The translations under genes were made by a program, and so were the position numbers. A model generated the notes under the pieces. The model searched no databases and had not been told where the DNA came from. It worked only from the letters and a program-made list of their open reading frames with translations. DNA of 64,000 nucleotides from Acidobacteriota bacterium. GTDB lineage: Bacteria > Acidobacteriota > UBA6911 > RPQK01 > JAJDTT01. The stretch covers positions 928,001-992,000 of the forward strand of contig CBDCJH010000002.1 in NCBI GenBank assembly GCA_965217775.1. The letters run 5' to 3'. Below, piece after piece: positions 48,835 through 58,042 of this stretch; position 1 is the first letter of the stretch, and each line of letters starts with the position of its first letter.

Positions 48835-49461
48835 CTAGAACGGGTGCAACTGGGGGATATTGGTGAGCAGGATCCGTCCTCCGGGTTGCAACACGCGACG
48901 GATCCGGTCCTGGGGGACCCGCGACGAGGCGAACCCGTAGAGCCTCCGGACCTTGTTCACGTAGTCGATGGTTTCCGGGTACGGAGGAACGCCTCCGTAA
49001 CGGACCACCGCGTTCTCTCCCGCGTTGTATCCCGCCAGAGCCAATTCCAGATCGCCCTGGAAATAGTCGAGGAGGAATTCCAGGTAACGAACGCCCCCTT
49101 CGATGTTCTGGACCGGATCGAACACGTCGCGGACGCCGAACCGGCGAGCCGTATCGGGGTGCAGTTGCATCAGTCCCAGGCATCCCTTGGGAGAGACCGC
49201 TTCCGGACGGAAGTTGCTTTCAACGCGGATAACGGCGTTGACCAGATCGATGTCCACGCCGTAGCGCCGGGAGATTTCCTGAACCGTGGACCGATAGAGT
49301 CCAGCCCCCTTGCCGGCCGAAATCGGCGGGATGTCCCGGTCAGGCCGGGCCGGGACCCTGTTGGTGAGCACCCGGACGCCGTCTTCTCTCCAATAGCTGT
49401 GGATTCGATTCGCCAGCAGGGGAGGCGACGCCACCACCAGCACCAGCAGCCAAACCATCAT
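48835..49461 (-). CDS. lytic transglycosylase (SLT domain)
   Basis: AVIRVESNF, SPKG..GLMQL, NIEGG..YL, ALAGYNAG, ET..YV. Start uncertain. Confidence 0.9.
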   Translation of the reverse strand: MMVWLLVLVVASPPLLANRIHSYWREDGVRVLTNRVPARPDRDIPPISAGKGAGLYRSTVQEISRRYGVDIDLVNAVIRVESNFRPEAVSPKGCLGLMQLHPDTARRFGVRDVFDPVQNIEGGVRYLEFLLDYFQGDLELALAGYNAGENAVVRYGGVPPYPETIDYVNKVRRLYGFASSRVPQDRIRRVLQPGGRILLTNIPQLHPF

Positions 49462-49599
49462 TTGCCGGATAGGATGCTCTGTCCGCCGGAATGGCCGAGA
49501 AGAAATTCGGATTATTCGATGCGTTGAGTCGGGCGCTGCCATTCGAGTGTCTCGCAACCAGTGTAACAGCCCGTTCACCACGGAGTGTTAGCCTGAAAC

Positions 49600-52242
49600 T
49601 CAGTTCAGCGACTCCTCCACCAGCCGGTAGGTCTGCTCCAGGGCCTCCCCCAGCCGGGAAACGTCCCTGCCTCCGGCTTCGGCCATGTCCGGTCTCCCGC
49701 CTCCGCCTCCACCCACGAGCCGGGCCAGCTTGCGGATCAACTGATGGGCCTGGATCCGATCGGTCAGGTCGTCGCTGACCATGGCGATCAGGCTGACCTT
49801 CCCGTCAATGGGCGTTCCCAGGACCACGACCCCCGACTTGAGCCGGTTCTTGAGTTGATCGGCCAGTTGGCGCAACGAGCTCCGGTCCAGATCCGCCACC
49901 TCTTCCGCCACGACTCGAATTCCCCGGACCCGACGGGACCGGTCCAGGGTGTCCAGGCTCTTCTGCCCGGCCAACTTCAACTGCAGGGCGTCGACCTGCT
50001 TCTGGGCCTGCTTGAGGTCTTCCAGGGATTTCCGGATCGTCGCTTCGAGGTGCGCCATGGGAGTCTTCAACCGCTGGGAGAGGCTGGAGACGATGGCGTC
50101 CATCCGAGAGTAGCGGGACATCGCCGCCTCGCCGGTCAGAGCTTCGATTCTACGCACGCCGGCGGAGACGCTTCCTTCGCTGGTGATCTTGAAGAGTCCG
50201 ATCTCACCGGTTCTTCCCACGTGGGTCCCGCCGCAGAGTTCCATGCTGAAATCGGGAATGGAGACCACCCGCACCTGCGAATCGTATTTCTCTCCGAAGA
50301 GGGCGGTGGCGCCTTCCTCGAGAGCTTGATCCAGACTCCGGACACGGGTGTCGACGGCGATGTCGCGCCGGATTTCCCGATTGACCAGATCCTCCACCTG
50401 GGAAAGTTCCTCCGGCGTCACCGACCGGAAATGGGTGAAGTCGAATCGGAGCCGATCCGGGGCCACAAGGGATCCCGCCTGCTTGACATGGACGCCCAGG
50501 ATCCGGCGTAGAGCGGCTTGCATGAGATGTGTCGAGGTGTGGTTTCGAGCCGTGGCCTGCCGCCGCGGAAGATCCACGCTCGACCGGACGGCGTCTCCGG
50601 AGCTGAGCTCACCCTGCTGCACCCGGACGCGGGAGAGGCGGAGCCCCTGGGCCGGAGTGTAGGTGTCCAGGATCCGAAACTGCACTGAGTCGGTCTCCAA
50701 GGTTCCCCGGTCTCCGACCTGGCCTCCCGCTTCGGCATAGAAGGGACTGCGGTCCAGCACGACCTCGCCTTCTTCTCCGGGTCCCAGGTGCCGGACCCGT
50801 CGCTGGTTGCGAACCAGTGTCAGAACCGAGCCCGAGACGGCTTCCAGTTGCTCGTATCCCGTGAACTCCGTTGCGTATCCTTGTCCGATCAACTCCTGGT
50901 GCACCGGCTGCAGGGTCTTGCCCGCCCCTTTCCAACTGGCGCGAGCCCGCTGGCGCTGCTTCTCCATCTCGGCAAAGAAACCCTGCTCGTCGATCTCAAG
51001 AGAGCGTTCCTGGGCCAGGTCCCGTGCCAGGTCCAGGGGAAACCCGTAGGTGTCATAGAGCCGGAAGAGATCCTCGCCCGGAAGGGTTCCGCTTTCCGAT
51101 TCCCGAACTCGAGCCACGATCTCTTCGAACAGGCCCATACCGTGGTTGAGCGTGGCCCGGAACTTTTCCTCCTCATGACGCACCACCCGCGCCAGGTACT
51201 CCCGTTGAGGCTCCAGATCGGGATAGGGATCGCTCATCAGATCGGCCGCCAGGGTGGCCAGAGTGAACAGGAAGGGCTCTTCCTTCCCCAGCAGTTGACC
51301 GTGCCGAGTGGCGCGCCGCAGGATTTTTCTGAGCACATAACCGCGGCCCTCGTTGTCCGGAATGACCCCGTCCCCGATCAGGAAAGCGCAGGCACGGCCG
51401 TGGTCGGCCAGAATGCGCAGGCTCACGTCCGTCTTCGGGTCGTGTCCATATGAGGAGGCGGTCAGACGCGCGGCCTCCCGGATGAGGGGCTGGAACAGAT
51501 CGGTGTCGTAGTTGCTGGTCACGCCCTGAAGGATGGCCGTGATCCGTTCCAGCCCCATGCCGGTATCGATGGACGGAGAGGGCAGGGCAGCGGTGCGGCC
51601 CTGGGAATCCCGGTTGAACTGCATGAAGACCAGGTTCCAGATCTCCACGTAGCGGCCGCATTCGCATCCCAACTCGCAGTCCCGGTGGTCCAGAGGACTG
51701 ACCCCCAGGTCGTAGTGCAGCTCGGCGCAAGGACCACAGGGTCCCGTGTCTCCCATGGCCCAGAAATTGTCCGCCTCCCCCAGCCGGTAGACCCGCTCTC
51801 GGGGAACGCCGATGTCGTCGCGCCAGAGGCCGTAGGCCTCGTCGTCGTCCTGGTAGACCGTGGCGTGGAGCCGTTGGGCCTCGAGGCCGTACACTTCGGT
51901 GCACAAGTCCCAGGCAAACCGGACGGCTTCCCGCTTGAAGTAGTCTCCGAACGAGAAGTTCCCCAGCATCTCGAAGAAGGTATGGTGCAGGGGCGTTCGG
52001 CCCACGGTGTCCAGATCGTTGTGCTTGCCGCTCACCCGCATGCATTTCTGGCAGGTGGTGGCCCGCTTGTAGTCTCTCTGTTCCAGTCCCTGAAAGACCT
52101 CCTTGAACTGGTTCATCCCGGCGTTGGTGAAGAGCAGCGTCGGGTCGTCTCCCGGAACCAGGGAACTGCTCTTGACGACGCGATGGCCCTGCTCCCGGAA
52201 AAAATCCAGAAAGATGCTGCGGATTTCCGCGGATGTCTTCAT
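49600..52242 (-). CDS. alaS: alanine--tRNA ligase
   Basis: LLFTNAGMNQFK, HHTFFEMLGNFSFGDYFK, IDTGMGLER, HTSTHL, ELCGGTH, GGGGGRP. Confidence 0.98.
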   Translation of the reverse strand: MKTSAEIRSIFLDFFREQGHRVVKSSSLVPGDDPTLLFTNAGMNQFKEVFQGLEQRDYKRATTCQKCMRVSGKHNDLDTVGRTPLHHTFFEMLGNFSFGDYFKREAVRFAWDLCTEVYGLEAQRLHATVYQDDDEAYGLWRDDIGVPRERVYRLGEADNFWAMGDTGPCGPCAELHYDLGVSPLDHRDCELGCECGRYVEIWNLVFMQFNRDSQGRTAALPSPSIDTGMGLERITAILQGVTSNYDTDLFQPLIREAARLTASSYGHDPKTDVSLRILADHGRACAFLIGDGVIPDNEGRGYVLRKILRRATRHGQLLGKEEPFLFTLATLAADLMSDPYPDLEPQREYLARVVRHEEEKFRATLNHGMGLFEEIVARVRESESGTLPGEDLFRLYDTYGFPLDLARDLAQERSLEIDEQGFFAEMEKQRQRARASWKGAGKTLQPVHQELIGQGYATEFTGYEQLEAVSGSVLTLVRNQRRVRHLGPGEEGEVVLDRSPFYAEAGGQVGDRGTLETDSVQFRILDTYTPAQGLRLSRVRVQQGELSSGDAVRSSVDLPRRQATARNHTSTHLMQAALRRILGVHVKQAGSLVAPDRLRFDFTHFRSVTPEELSQVEDLVNREIRRDIAVDTRVRSLDQALEEGATALFGEKYDSQVRVVSIPDFSMELCGGTHVGRTGEIGLFKITSEGSVSAGVRRIEALTGEAAMSRYSRMDAIVSSLSQRLKTPMAHLEATIRKSLEDLKQAQKQVDALQLKLAGQKSLDTLDRSRRVRGIRVVAEEVADLDRSSLRQLADQLKNRLKSGVVVLGTPIDGKVSLIAMVSDDLTDRIQAHQLIRKLARLVGGGGGGRPDMAEAGGRDVSRLGEALEQTYRLVEESLN

Positions 52243-52361
52243 GGCTCTGTTCTCAGTTTGGCGGCGGGAGTTCGGAGGGGTGGAAGAGGCGTCTCGGGAA
52301 TAACTCTGCCCCCACCGAGTTCGGGGTGGGAGCCCCGTGCCCCCCGGGTGAGAAACGCCGG

Positions 52362-53306
52362 CTAAGCTCCGACGTGCGCCTCCCGGTAGACGCTGGTCAT
52401 CCAGCCGTGCCGATCCTCCACCTTACCCTGGACGTAGTCGAAGAAGTCTTCCTGAATCCGGCTGGTGATGGGTCCCCGTCTCCCCGGGCCCACGGCGATG
52501 CCGTCCACCGAGCGGACGGGAGTGACCTCGGCCGCCGTGCCGGTCAGGAAGACCTCGTCGGCAATATAGAGGCGCTCGCGAGATATCTGCTCTTCGACGA
52601 CGGGGTAACCTCGTTCCCGGGCCAGCGCGATGACGGCGCCCCGCGTGATCCCCGGAAGGATGGCGCTGGCCACCGGGGGCGTCGAGATCGTCCCGTCCTG
52701 AATCACGAAGATGTTCTCTCCCGCTCCCTCGCTCACCAGACCGTTCGTGTCGAGGGCGATGCCCTCGGTGTAACCCTTGAGGGTGGCCTCCATGTTGATC
52801 AGGGTGCTGTTGATGTAGTTGCCGCCCACTTTGGCCAGGGTCGGAAAGGTGTTGGGAGCGGCCCTGGCCCAACTGGAGACGCAGACGTCGATCCCCTGTT
52901 CCAGGCCGTCCTCTCCCAGATAGCGCCCCCATTCCCAGACCAGGATGACGACGTCGATGGGGTTCTTGAGGGGGTTGACGCCCAATTCCCCGTAGCCACG
53001 GAAGATCAGGGGCCGGATGTAGCACTGCCGCAGGGAGTTGGCCCGGATCGTCTCCAGGATCGCCTCCTCGATCTCGGCCGGGGAGAAGGGGACGTCGGTC
53101 CGGTAGATCTTGCAGGAGTTGAAGAGGCGCCGAACGTGCTCCTTGAATTGGAAGATCTCGGGTCCCCGGCGAGTCCCATAGCAGCGGATCCCCTCGAACC
53201 AGGAGGTGCCGTAGTGAAGGGCGTGAGACATGACGTGAACAGTCGCCTTCTCCCACGGAACCAGCTTTCCGTTGTACCAGACGTAACTGCTCTTGGGCTC
53301 GATCAT
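52362..53306 (-). CDS. ilvE: branched-chain amino acid aminotransferase
   Basis: HALHYG..FEGIR, YIRP, AKVGGNY, EGAGEN, LPGITR, TGTAAEV. Confidence 0.96.
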   Translation of the reverse strand: MIEPKSSYVWYNGKLVPWEKATVHVMSHALHYGTSWFEGIRCYGTRRGPEIFQFKEHVRRLFNSCKIYRTDVPFSPAEIEEAILETIRANSLRQCYIRPLIFRGYGELGVNPLKNPIDVVILVWEWGRYLGEDGLEQGIDVCVSSWARAAPNTFPTLAKVGGNYINSTLINMEATLKGYTEGIALDTNGLVSEGAGENIFVIQDGTISTPPVASAILPGITRGAVIALARERGYPVVEEQISRERLYIADEVFLTGTAAEVTPVRSVDGIAVGPGRRGPITSRIQEDFFDYVQGKVEDRHGWMTSVYREAHVGA

Positions 53307-53425
53307 GACGATCCAGAATAGGGACCGCTCCGGGTCAAGTCAAACTCCCCGGAGTTCTGATTTCAGCGTCTACCAATGATAGCGAATCAGAGGTGACATT
53401 GACCTCGACGGCCACCCGGCACCGG

Positions 53426-54403
53426 TCATTCCTCGCTCGTCTCCGGGCCGCCGAAATAACCTTTCTTGGCCTGAATCGTCAACTCTTTTTCGCCTGGGTT
53501 TCCGAGCCGGACCTCGATGGTGCGCCAGCCGCCGTTCGTCAACGGATTGGGGGTGATGTAGGCGATCCGGTATTGGTTTCTGAGCTCGCCGGCAATTCGT
53601 CGAAAGACGTCATTGAGCTCGTGAAGCTCCTCGGGAAAATAGACCTTGGCGCCGCTCTGTCCCGATATGGCATCGACCGTGGCCCTCACCTTGTCGTACT
53701 GGGACTTGAACACGCCGAAGAAGCCTCTGTCTCGGCTCAACGCCTGGTCCAGCAGGGCCACCACATAGAGCTGGACGCCGTTGGACCGGGCGATCTTTTC
53801 CAAAAGCTCTTCATGCCGGTAGTAGCTGTCCTTGTCCTCGCCGTCGGTGAACACGGTGACCACCTTCTTGGCTTCGGACCCGGTCCGAGCCTTCTCCAGA
53901 GCGAGATAGATGGCGTCGTAGAGGGCGGTTCCCCCGCCCACGACGGTATTGTCCAGCATGTCCCGGATATCTTCCGGATCCCGGGTGAAGTCCTCTTCCA
54001 AATTCACGTCGTTGTCGAACATGACCAGGAAATGCTCATTGTCCGGATGGCTCAGGGCAAGGAACAGCTTTGTCGCCCGGTGGGCCAGGTCCTGCTTGGC
54101 CCTCATGCTGCCGCTCTTGTCCATGACGATTCCACTGGTGGAGGGAACGTCGTCCTGCCCGAAGTAGGTGATTTCGACCTCGACCCCATCCTCCAGAATG
54201 ATGAAGTCCTCCGAGGTCAGTCCCGAAACCAGTTCGCCGGTGTCGTCATAAACAGCGGCGTACAGGACCACCTGGTCGACTTCGGCGCGGAAGAAGGGGC
54301 GGTCCCTTCTGGCGTCCTCGCCGCCCGATGACTGTGCCGCCAGAGCCAGATTCAGAAAGAGGAGACCGGCCAGAGCGCCCCTGCTCGAAGTGGGAAGGAA
54401 CAT
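53426..54403 (-). CDS. VWA domain protein (Acidobacterial type)
   Basis: MDKSGSM MIDAS, TALYDA, FTDGED, ELRNQY. Confidence 0.87.
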   Translation of the reverse strand: MFLPTSSRGALAGLLFLNLALAAQSSGGEDARRDRPFFRAEVDQVVLYAAVYDDTGELVSGLTSEDFIILEDGVEVEITYFGQDDVPSTSGIVMDKSGSMRAKQDLAHRATKLFLALSHPDNEHFLVMFDNDVNLEEDFTRDPEDIRDMLDNTVVGGGTALYDAIYLALEKARTGSEAKKVVTVFTDGEDKDSYYRHEELLEKIARSNGVQLYVVALLDQALSRDRGFFGVFKSQYDKVRATVDAISGQSGAKVYFPEELHELNDVFRRIAGELRNQYRIAYITPNPLTNGGWRTIEVRLGNPGEKELTIQAKKGYFGGPETSEE

Positions 54404-54429
54404 GGCGGTGACCCGGGCCCCGCAAGCGG

Positions 54430-55323
54430 CTACTTGTTGGGAGCGAAGTAACCCTTCTTGGCGCGGACGATCAACCTGGGCAGTCCCTCGGGGGGATCCA
54501 GCTTGACCTTGATCTTGCGCCATTTTCCGTTGAAGGTTCGGTCGGTGGGGACGTAGCCCAACAGGTACTGATTACGAAGCTCGGTGTGGATCAGGTCCAC
54601 GAAGTAGTCCAGTTGTTTGAAGTTATTGGGAAAGAATGCCCGCCCGCCGGTCAGGCTGATGATCTCGGCGATGATGTCTCGGCCGTAGGGCAGGCGGCCC
54701 CGTTCGCCGATCACGTAGAGTTGGACGTCCGACTCCTTGACGAACTGTTTCAACTCGCTGAAGGTGTACCGGCTGCTGTTGTCTTCCCCATCCGTGATCA
54801 CGATCAGAGCCTTCTTGTCGCGCCGCGCTTCGCGAATCTTTTCCAAGCCCAGGTAGATGGCGTCGTAGAGAGCGGTCCTTCCCTTGGGGTTCGAGATGGT
54901 GACCTGATTCTGGACATTCTCGCTCTGCGCCGTGAAGTCTTGGACCACCGAGGTCCGGTCGTTGAAGGTGATCAGAAAATACTCGTCCTTGCGGCTGCCC
55001 TGTTTCAGGAAGCGGACCACGGAATTGCGCGCACTCATCATGTTGTCGCCCATGGACCCGCTTCGGTCCAGGATGATGCCGACGCTGATGGGCGCCTTGT
55101 CGACGGAGAAGTGGATGATGGATTGCTCGACCTTGCTTTCGAAGATTCGGAAGTGCTCGGGTTCGAGGCCGATCACGTATCGGTTCAGGGGATCGGTCAC
55201 GGTGACCCGAAGGGCCACCATGTCGACATCGACCCGGAACCGGGGAGGCAGGTCCCGCTCGTTGGCGTTAGCCCAGGTGCTCCCCAGCAACAGTATGAGT
55301 GCGGCTGGGAGAAAACTACCCAT
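54430..55323 (-). CDS. VWA domain protein (Acidobacterial type)
   Basis: LDRSGSM MIDAS, TALYDA, ITDGEDNSS, ELRNQYLLGY. Confidence 0.88.
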   Translation of the reverse strand: MGSFLPAALILLLGSTWANANERDLPPRFRVDVDMVALRVTVTDPLNRYVIGLEPEHFRIFESKVEQSIIHFSVDKAPISVGIILDRSGSMGDNMMSARNSVVRFLKQGSRKDEYFLITFNDRTSVVQDFTAQSENVQNQVTISNPKGRTALYDAIYLGLEKIREARRDKKALIVITDGEDNSSRYTFSELKQFVKESDVQLYVIGERGRLPYGRDIIAEIISLTGGRAFFPNNFKQLDYFVDLIHTELRNQYLLGYVPTDRTFNGKWRKIKVKLDPPEGLPRLIVRAKKGYFAPNK

Positions 55324-55378
55324 GTACTGAAACCATTCTATGCCATACGTTTAAAAAGTAAAAGGCAGCAGGAGGCAG

Positions 55379-55469
55379 GTAGGGGCGCCCCTTGTGGGCG
55401 CCCTCTTCGGTCCATAGCGGAGCAAGACGGGCCCAGACGAAAAGTCGGCGGCTGGAAACCCGCCGCTCC
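55379..55469. repeat. REP inverted doublet
   Basis: GTAGGGGCGCCCCTTGTGGGCGCCC (+) and GGAGCGGCGGGTTTCCAGCCGCCG (-). Confidence 0.7.
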
Positions 55470-55573
55470 GGCAAAGAAATTTTGGTTCCGGCTATTCCGG
55501 AGTGAGGAGTGAGAGAAGACGGGGATCTTGACGACGGAGTGAGTCCAACGCGAAGCCCGGTTCGTCATAGTCT

Positions 55574-57910
55574 TCAATCCCGTCCGTCGACTTCTTCGAA
55601 GTAGTCGGATGCCACCAGAATGTCCCGGGCTTTACTTCCTTCGGGGGGACCGATGATGCCCTCGTGCTCCATGATGTCCAAGAGCCTGGCGGCACGTCCG
55701 TATCCGATTCTGAGCCTTCGCTGCAGGAGGGAAGTGGAAGCCTTGCCGGTCGCCACCGCCAACCGGGCCGCCTCATCGAACAGGCTGTCTTCTGCGGGGG
55801 AGACCCCGCCGACGGCTCCGGGTTCATTCTCCTTCTCGTCGCCGGCGAGGATCTCCTTGCGGTATTCGGGATTGCCCTGGTCCTTGATGAAGGAGGTCAG
55901 GCGGTTGATCTCCTTCACGCTTACCCAGGCCCCGTGGGCCCGAACCAGCCGCGAGGTTCCGGGAGCCAGCACCAGCATGTCTCCCATGCCCAGCAACTGT
56001 TCTGCGCCGTTGCCGTCCAGGATGGTCCTGGAGTCGATCTTGGAGGAGACCCGGAAGGAGATCCGGCTGGGGAAGTTGGCTTTGATCAAGCCGGTGATGA
56101 CGTCCACGGAGGGGCGCTGAGTGGCGAGAATCAGGTGGATCCCAATCGCCCTGGCCATCTGGGCAAGCCGGGTGACGGCGGTTTCCACGTCCTTGCCCGT
56201 GGTGAGCATTAGATCGGCCAGCTCGTCGACGATGACCACGATGTAGGGAAGGGGACCCTCTTTCGACTCGTCCGGATCCTCGGTCACCAGCTCGTTGTAT
56301 TGAGCGATGTTGCGGACACCGGCCCGGGCCAGCGTCCGGTACCGTTGCTCCATCTCCCCCACCGCCCAGTTCAATGCGTTGGCCGCCTGTTTGGGGTCCG
56401 TGACAATGGGTGCCATCAGGTGCGGGATGTCGGCGTACAGTCCCAGCTCGAGCCGTTTCGGATCGATCATGATGAATCGGACTTCATCCGGACCGGCCTT
56501 GTAGAGGATGGAGCAGACGACGCAGTTCAGGGCCACGCTCTTTCCCGATCCGGTGGCCCCGGCGATGAGCAGATGCGGCATTCGCGACAGGTCCGCCACG
56601 TAGTTGGCCCCGTGGATGGTCTTCCCGAGTCCCAGGGCCAGAGGGGACTCCATCTGGTGGAAGCTGCCTGACGAGAGGATCTCTCTCAAATAGATGATCT
56701 GACGATCCAAGTTCGGGACTTCGATGCCGACGGTGTTCTTTCCGGAGATCCGTTCGATCCGGACCGACTCGGCCTTCAGAGCCAGGCAGAGATCGTCCGA
56801 CAGGTTGGTGAGGCGGCTGTACTTGATGCCCGGGTCCGGCTTGAACTCGAAGGTCGTGACCACGGGTCCCGGATGGATCTGCAACACCTGTCCCAAGACC
56901 CCGAACTCGGCACACTTGGTCGCCAGGGCATGGGCTCTTTGAATCAGGTCGGCCTCGTCGACCTCCTGCTTGATCAGGTTCTCTTCCAGGTAATCCAGAG
57001 GAGGGAGTGCGTAGGCGGAAGCCGCGGTCTGCGGCCGCCGGTCGATTCGAGTCGATTCTACGGGAGCCGCCGCCACCGGTACCGCAGCGGGTTCGGCGTC
57101 GGATCCGGGTTCCGGTTCAGCCTCGGGGACGGTGGCCGGAATGGCCTGCGGAACGATCGTCGAGACGGTCTGTGAAACCGTTCGTGGAATGGTCTCCGGG
57201 ATGGTCTCGGGAGGAGGCTCATCCTCGGATTTGACCCCGTCCCAGGTCATCTTCCGGGGCATGGGTTGTGCCACCCGGGATTCCGTCTTCCTGTTCCAGG
57301 TCGCCACTTCCTTTTTCTGGCGCCGTTCTTGAGACCACGCCGAATAGTTTTCCCGGGCGATCCGAAAGAGGTCCCAATTGTGGTTTCCGATCCAGCCCAG
57401 GAACCGGTTCACGGAAAAGGTGGTGCCGGCGACCAGAGACAAAATCAGGACAGTCGCCAGGAGCAGCAGCGCTCCTGGACCGTTCAGCAGGGAGGTCAGG
57501 TATTGCCCCAATATCACTCCCAGGATTCCGCCGGGCGCAAAGTTCACATCCGGACGGACGGGGGGAGGAACGATGGAGAATGCCGCACTCAAGGAGATCA
57601 AGCCGGAGGCAGCGCAAAACAGCTTCAGGAAGGGGTCTTTGAGGCGCCGTCTCCGAAGCCACCGGTATCCCAACAGCAGGAACGGAACGGGCACGCAGAG
57701 GGCCGACCAACCCAGCAGTTGGTAAAGGATGTCCGAACTCAAGGCACCGATCTTGCCCGCCAGATTGGAGTAGATCTGGCTGGACGAGGCGACGCTGAAT
57801 GAAGCGTCGGTGGGATCGTAGCTTACGAGGGACAGGATCAACAGGGCGGAGCCGAAGAGGAGCGAGAGTCCCAACAACTCCGAAACGCGTTGGTAAGCCT
57901 GGATGCTCAT
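55574..57910 (-). CDS. ftsK: DNA translocase FtsK
   Basis: N-terminal TMs, GPVVT.FE, PHLLIAGATGSGKS, DELADLM, ATQRPS, gamma domain LQRRLRIGYGRAAR. Confidence 0.97.
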   Translation of the reverse strand: MSIQAYQRVSELLGLSLLFGSALLILSLVSYDPTDASFSVASSSQIYSNLAGKIGALSSDILYQLLGWSALCVPVPFLLLGYRWLRRRRLKDPFLKLFCAASGLISLSAAFSIVPPPVRPDVNFAPGGILGVILGQYLTSLLNGPGALLLLATVLILSLVAGTTFSVNRFLGWIGNHNWDLFRIARENYSAWSQERRQKKEVATWNRKTESRVAQPMPRKMTWDGVKSEDEPPPETIPETIPRTVSQTVSTIVPQAIPATVPEAEPEPGSDAEPAAVPVAAAPVESTRIDRRPQTAASAYALPPLDYLEENLIKQEVDEADLIQRAHALATKCAEFGVLGQVLQIHPGPVVTTFEFKPDPGIKYSRLTNLSDDLCLALKAESVRIERISGKNTVGIEVPNLDRQIIYLREILSSGSFHQMESPLALGLGKTIHGANYVADLSRMPHLLIAGATGSGKSVALNCVVCSILYKAGPDEVRFIMIDPKRLELGLYADIPHLMAPIVTDPKQAANALNWAVGEMEQRYRTLARAGVRNIAQYNELVTEDPDESKEGPLPYIVVIVDELADLMLTTGKDVETAVTRLAQMARAIGIHLILATQRPSVDVITGLIKANFPSRISFRVSSKIDSRTILDGNGAEQLLGMGDMLVLAPGTSRLVRAHGAWVSVKEINRLTSFIKDQGNPEYRKEILAGDEKENEPGAVGGVSPAEDSLFDEAARLAVATGKASTSLLQRRLRIGYGRAARLLDIMEHEGIIGPPEGSKARDILVASDYFEEVDGRD

Positions 57911-57932
57911 GTCGGCTCCTTCCGAATTCCAG

Positions 57933-58029
57933 CAGTCCGTGGTGAAAGTCCCGCGAGCACCGAGACCGTTCCTACGCCCGCCGGGATGCAGGGACGGTCG
58001 AATGCCGTGACGACTTTTGCCACGGGCCG
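57933..58029 (-). mobile_element. MITE family A, copy 8 (97 bp, internal 61-bp deletion)
   Basis: Both ends retained, central hairpin lost between CCGCCGG direct repeats. Flanks are CCAG/CTAG. Confidence 0.88.
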
Positions 58030-58042
58030 CTAGCCGCCCTGA

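Noticed and set aside
52243-52361. T-box or other leader upstream of alaS
   Set aside because: GC-rich hairpins are present, but no T-box consensus (AGGGTGGNACCGCG) is visible on the - strand.
57120-57220. TIPE/TVP-type micro-repeats in ftsK
   Set aside because: Ordinary low-complexity FtsK linker.
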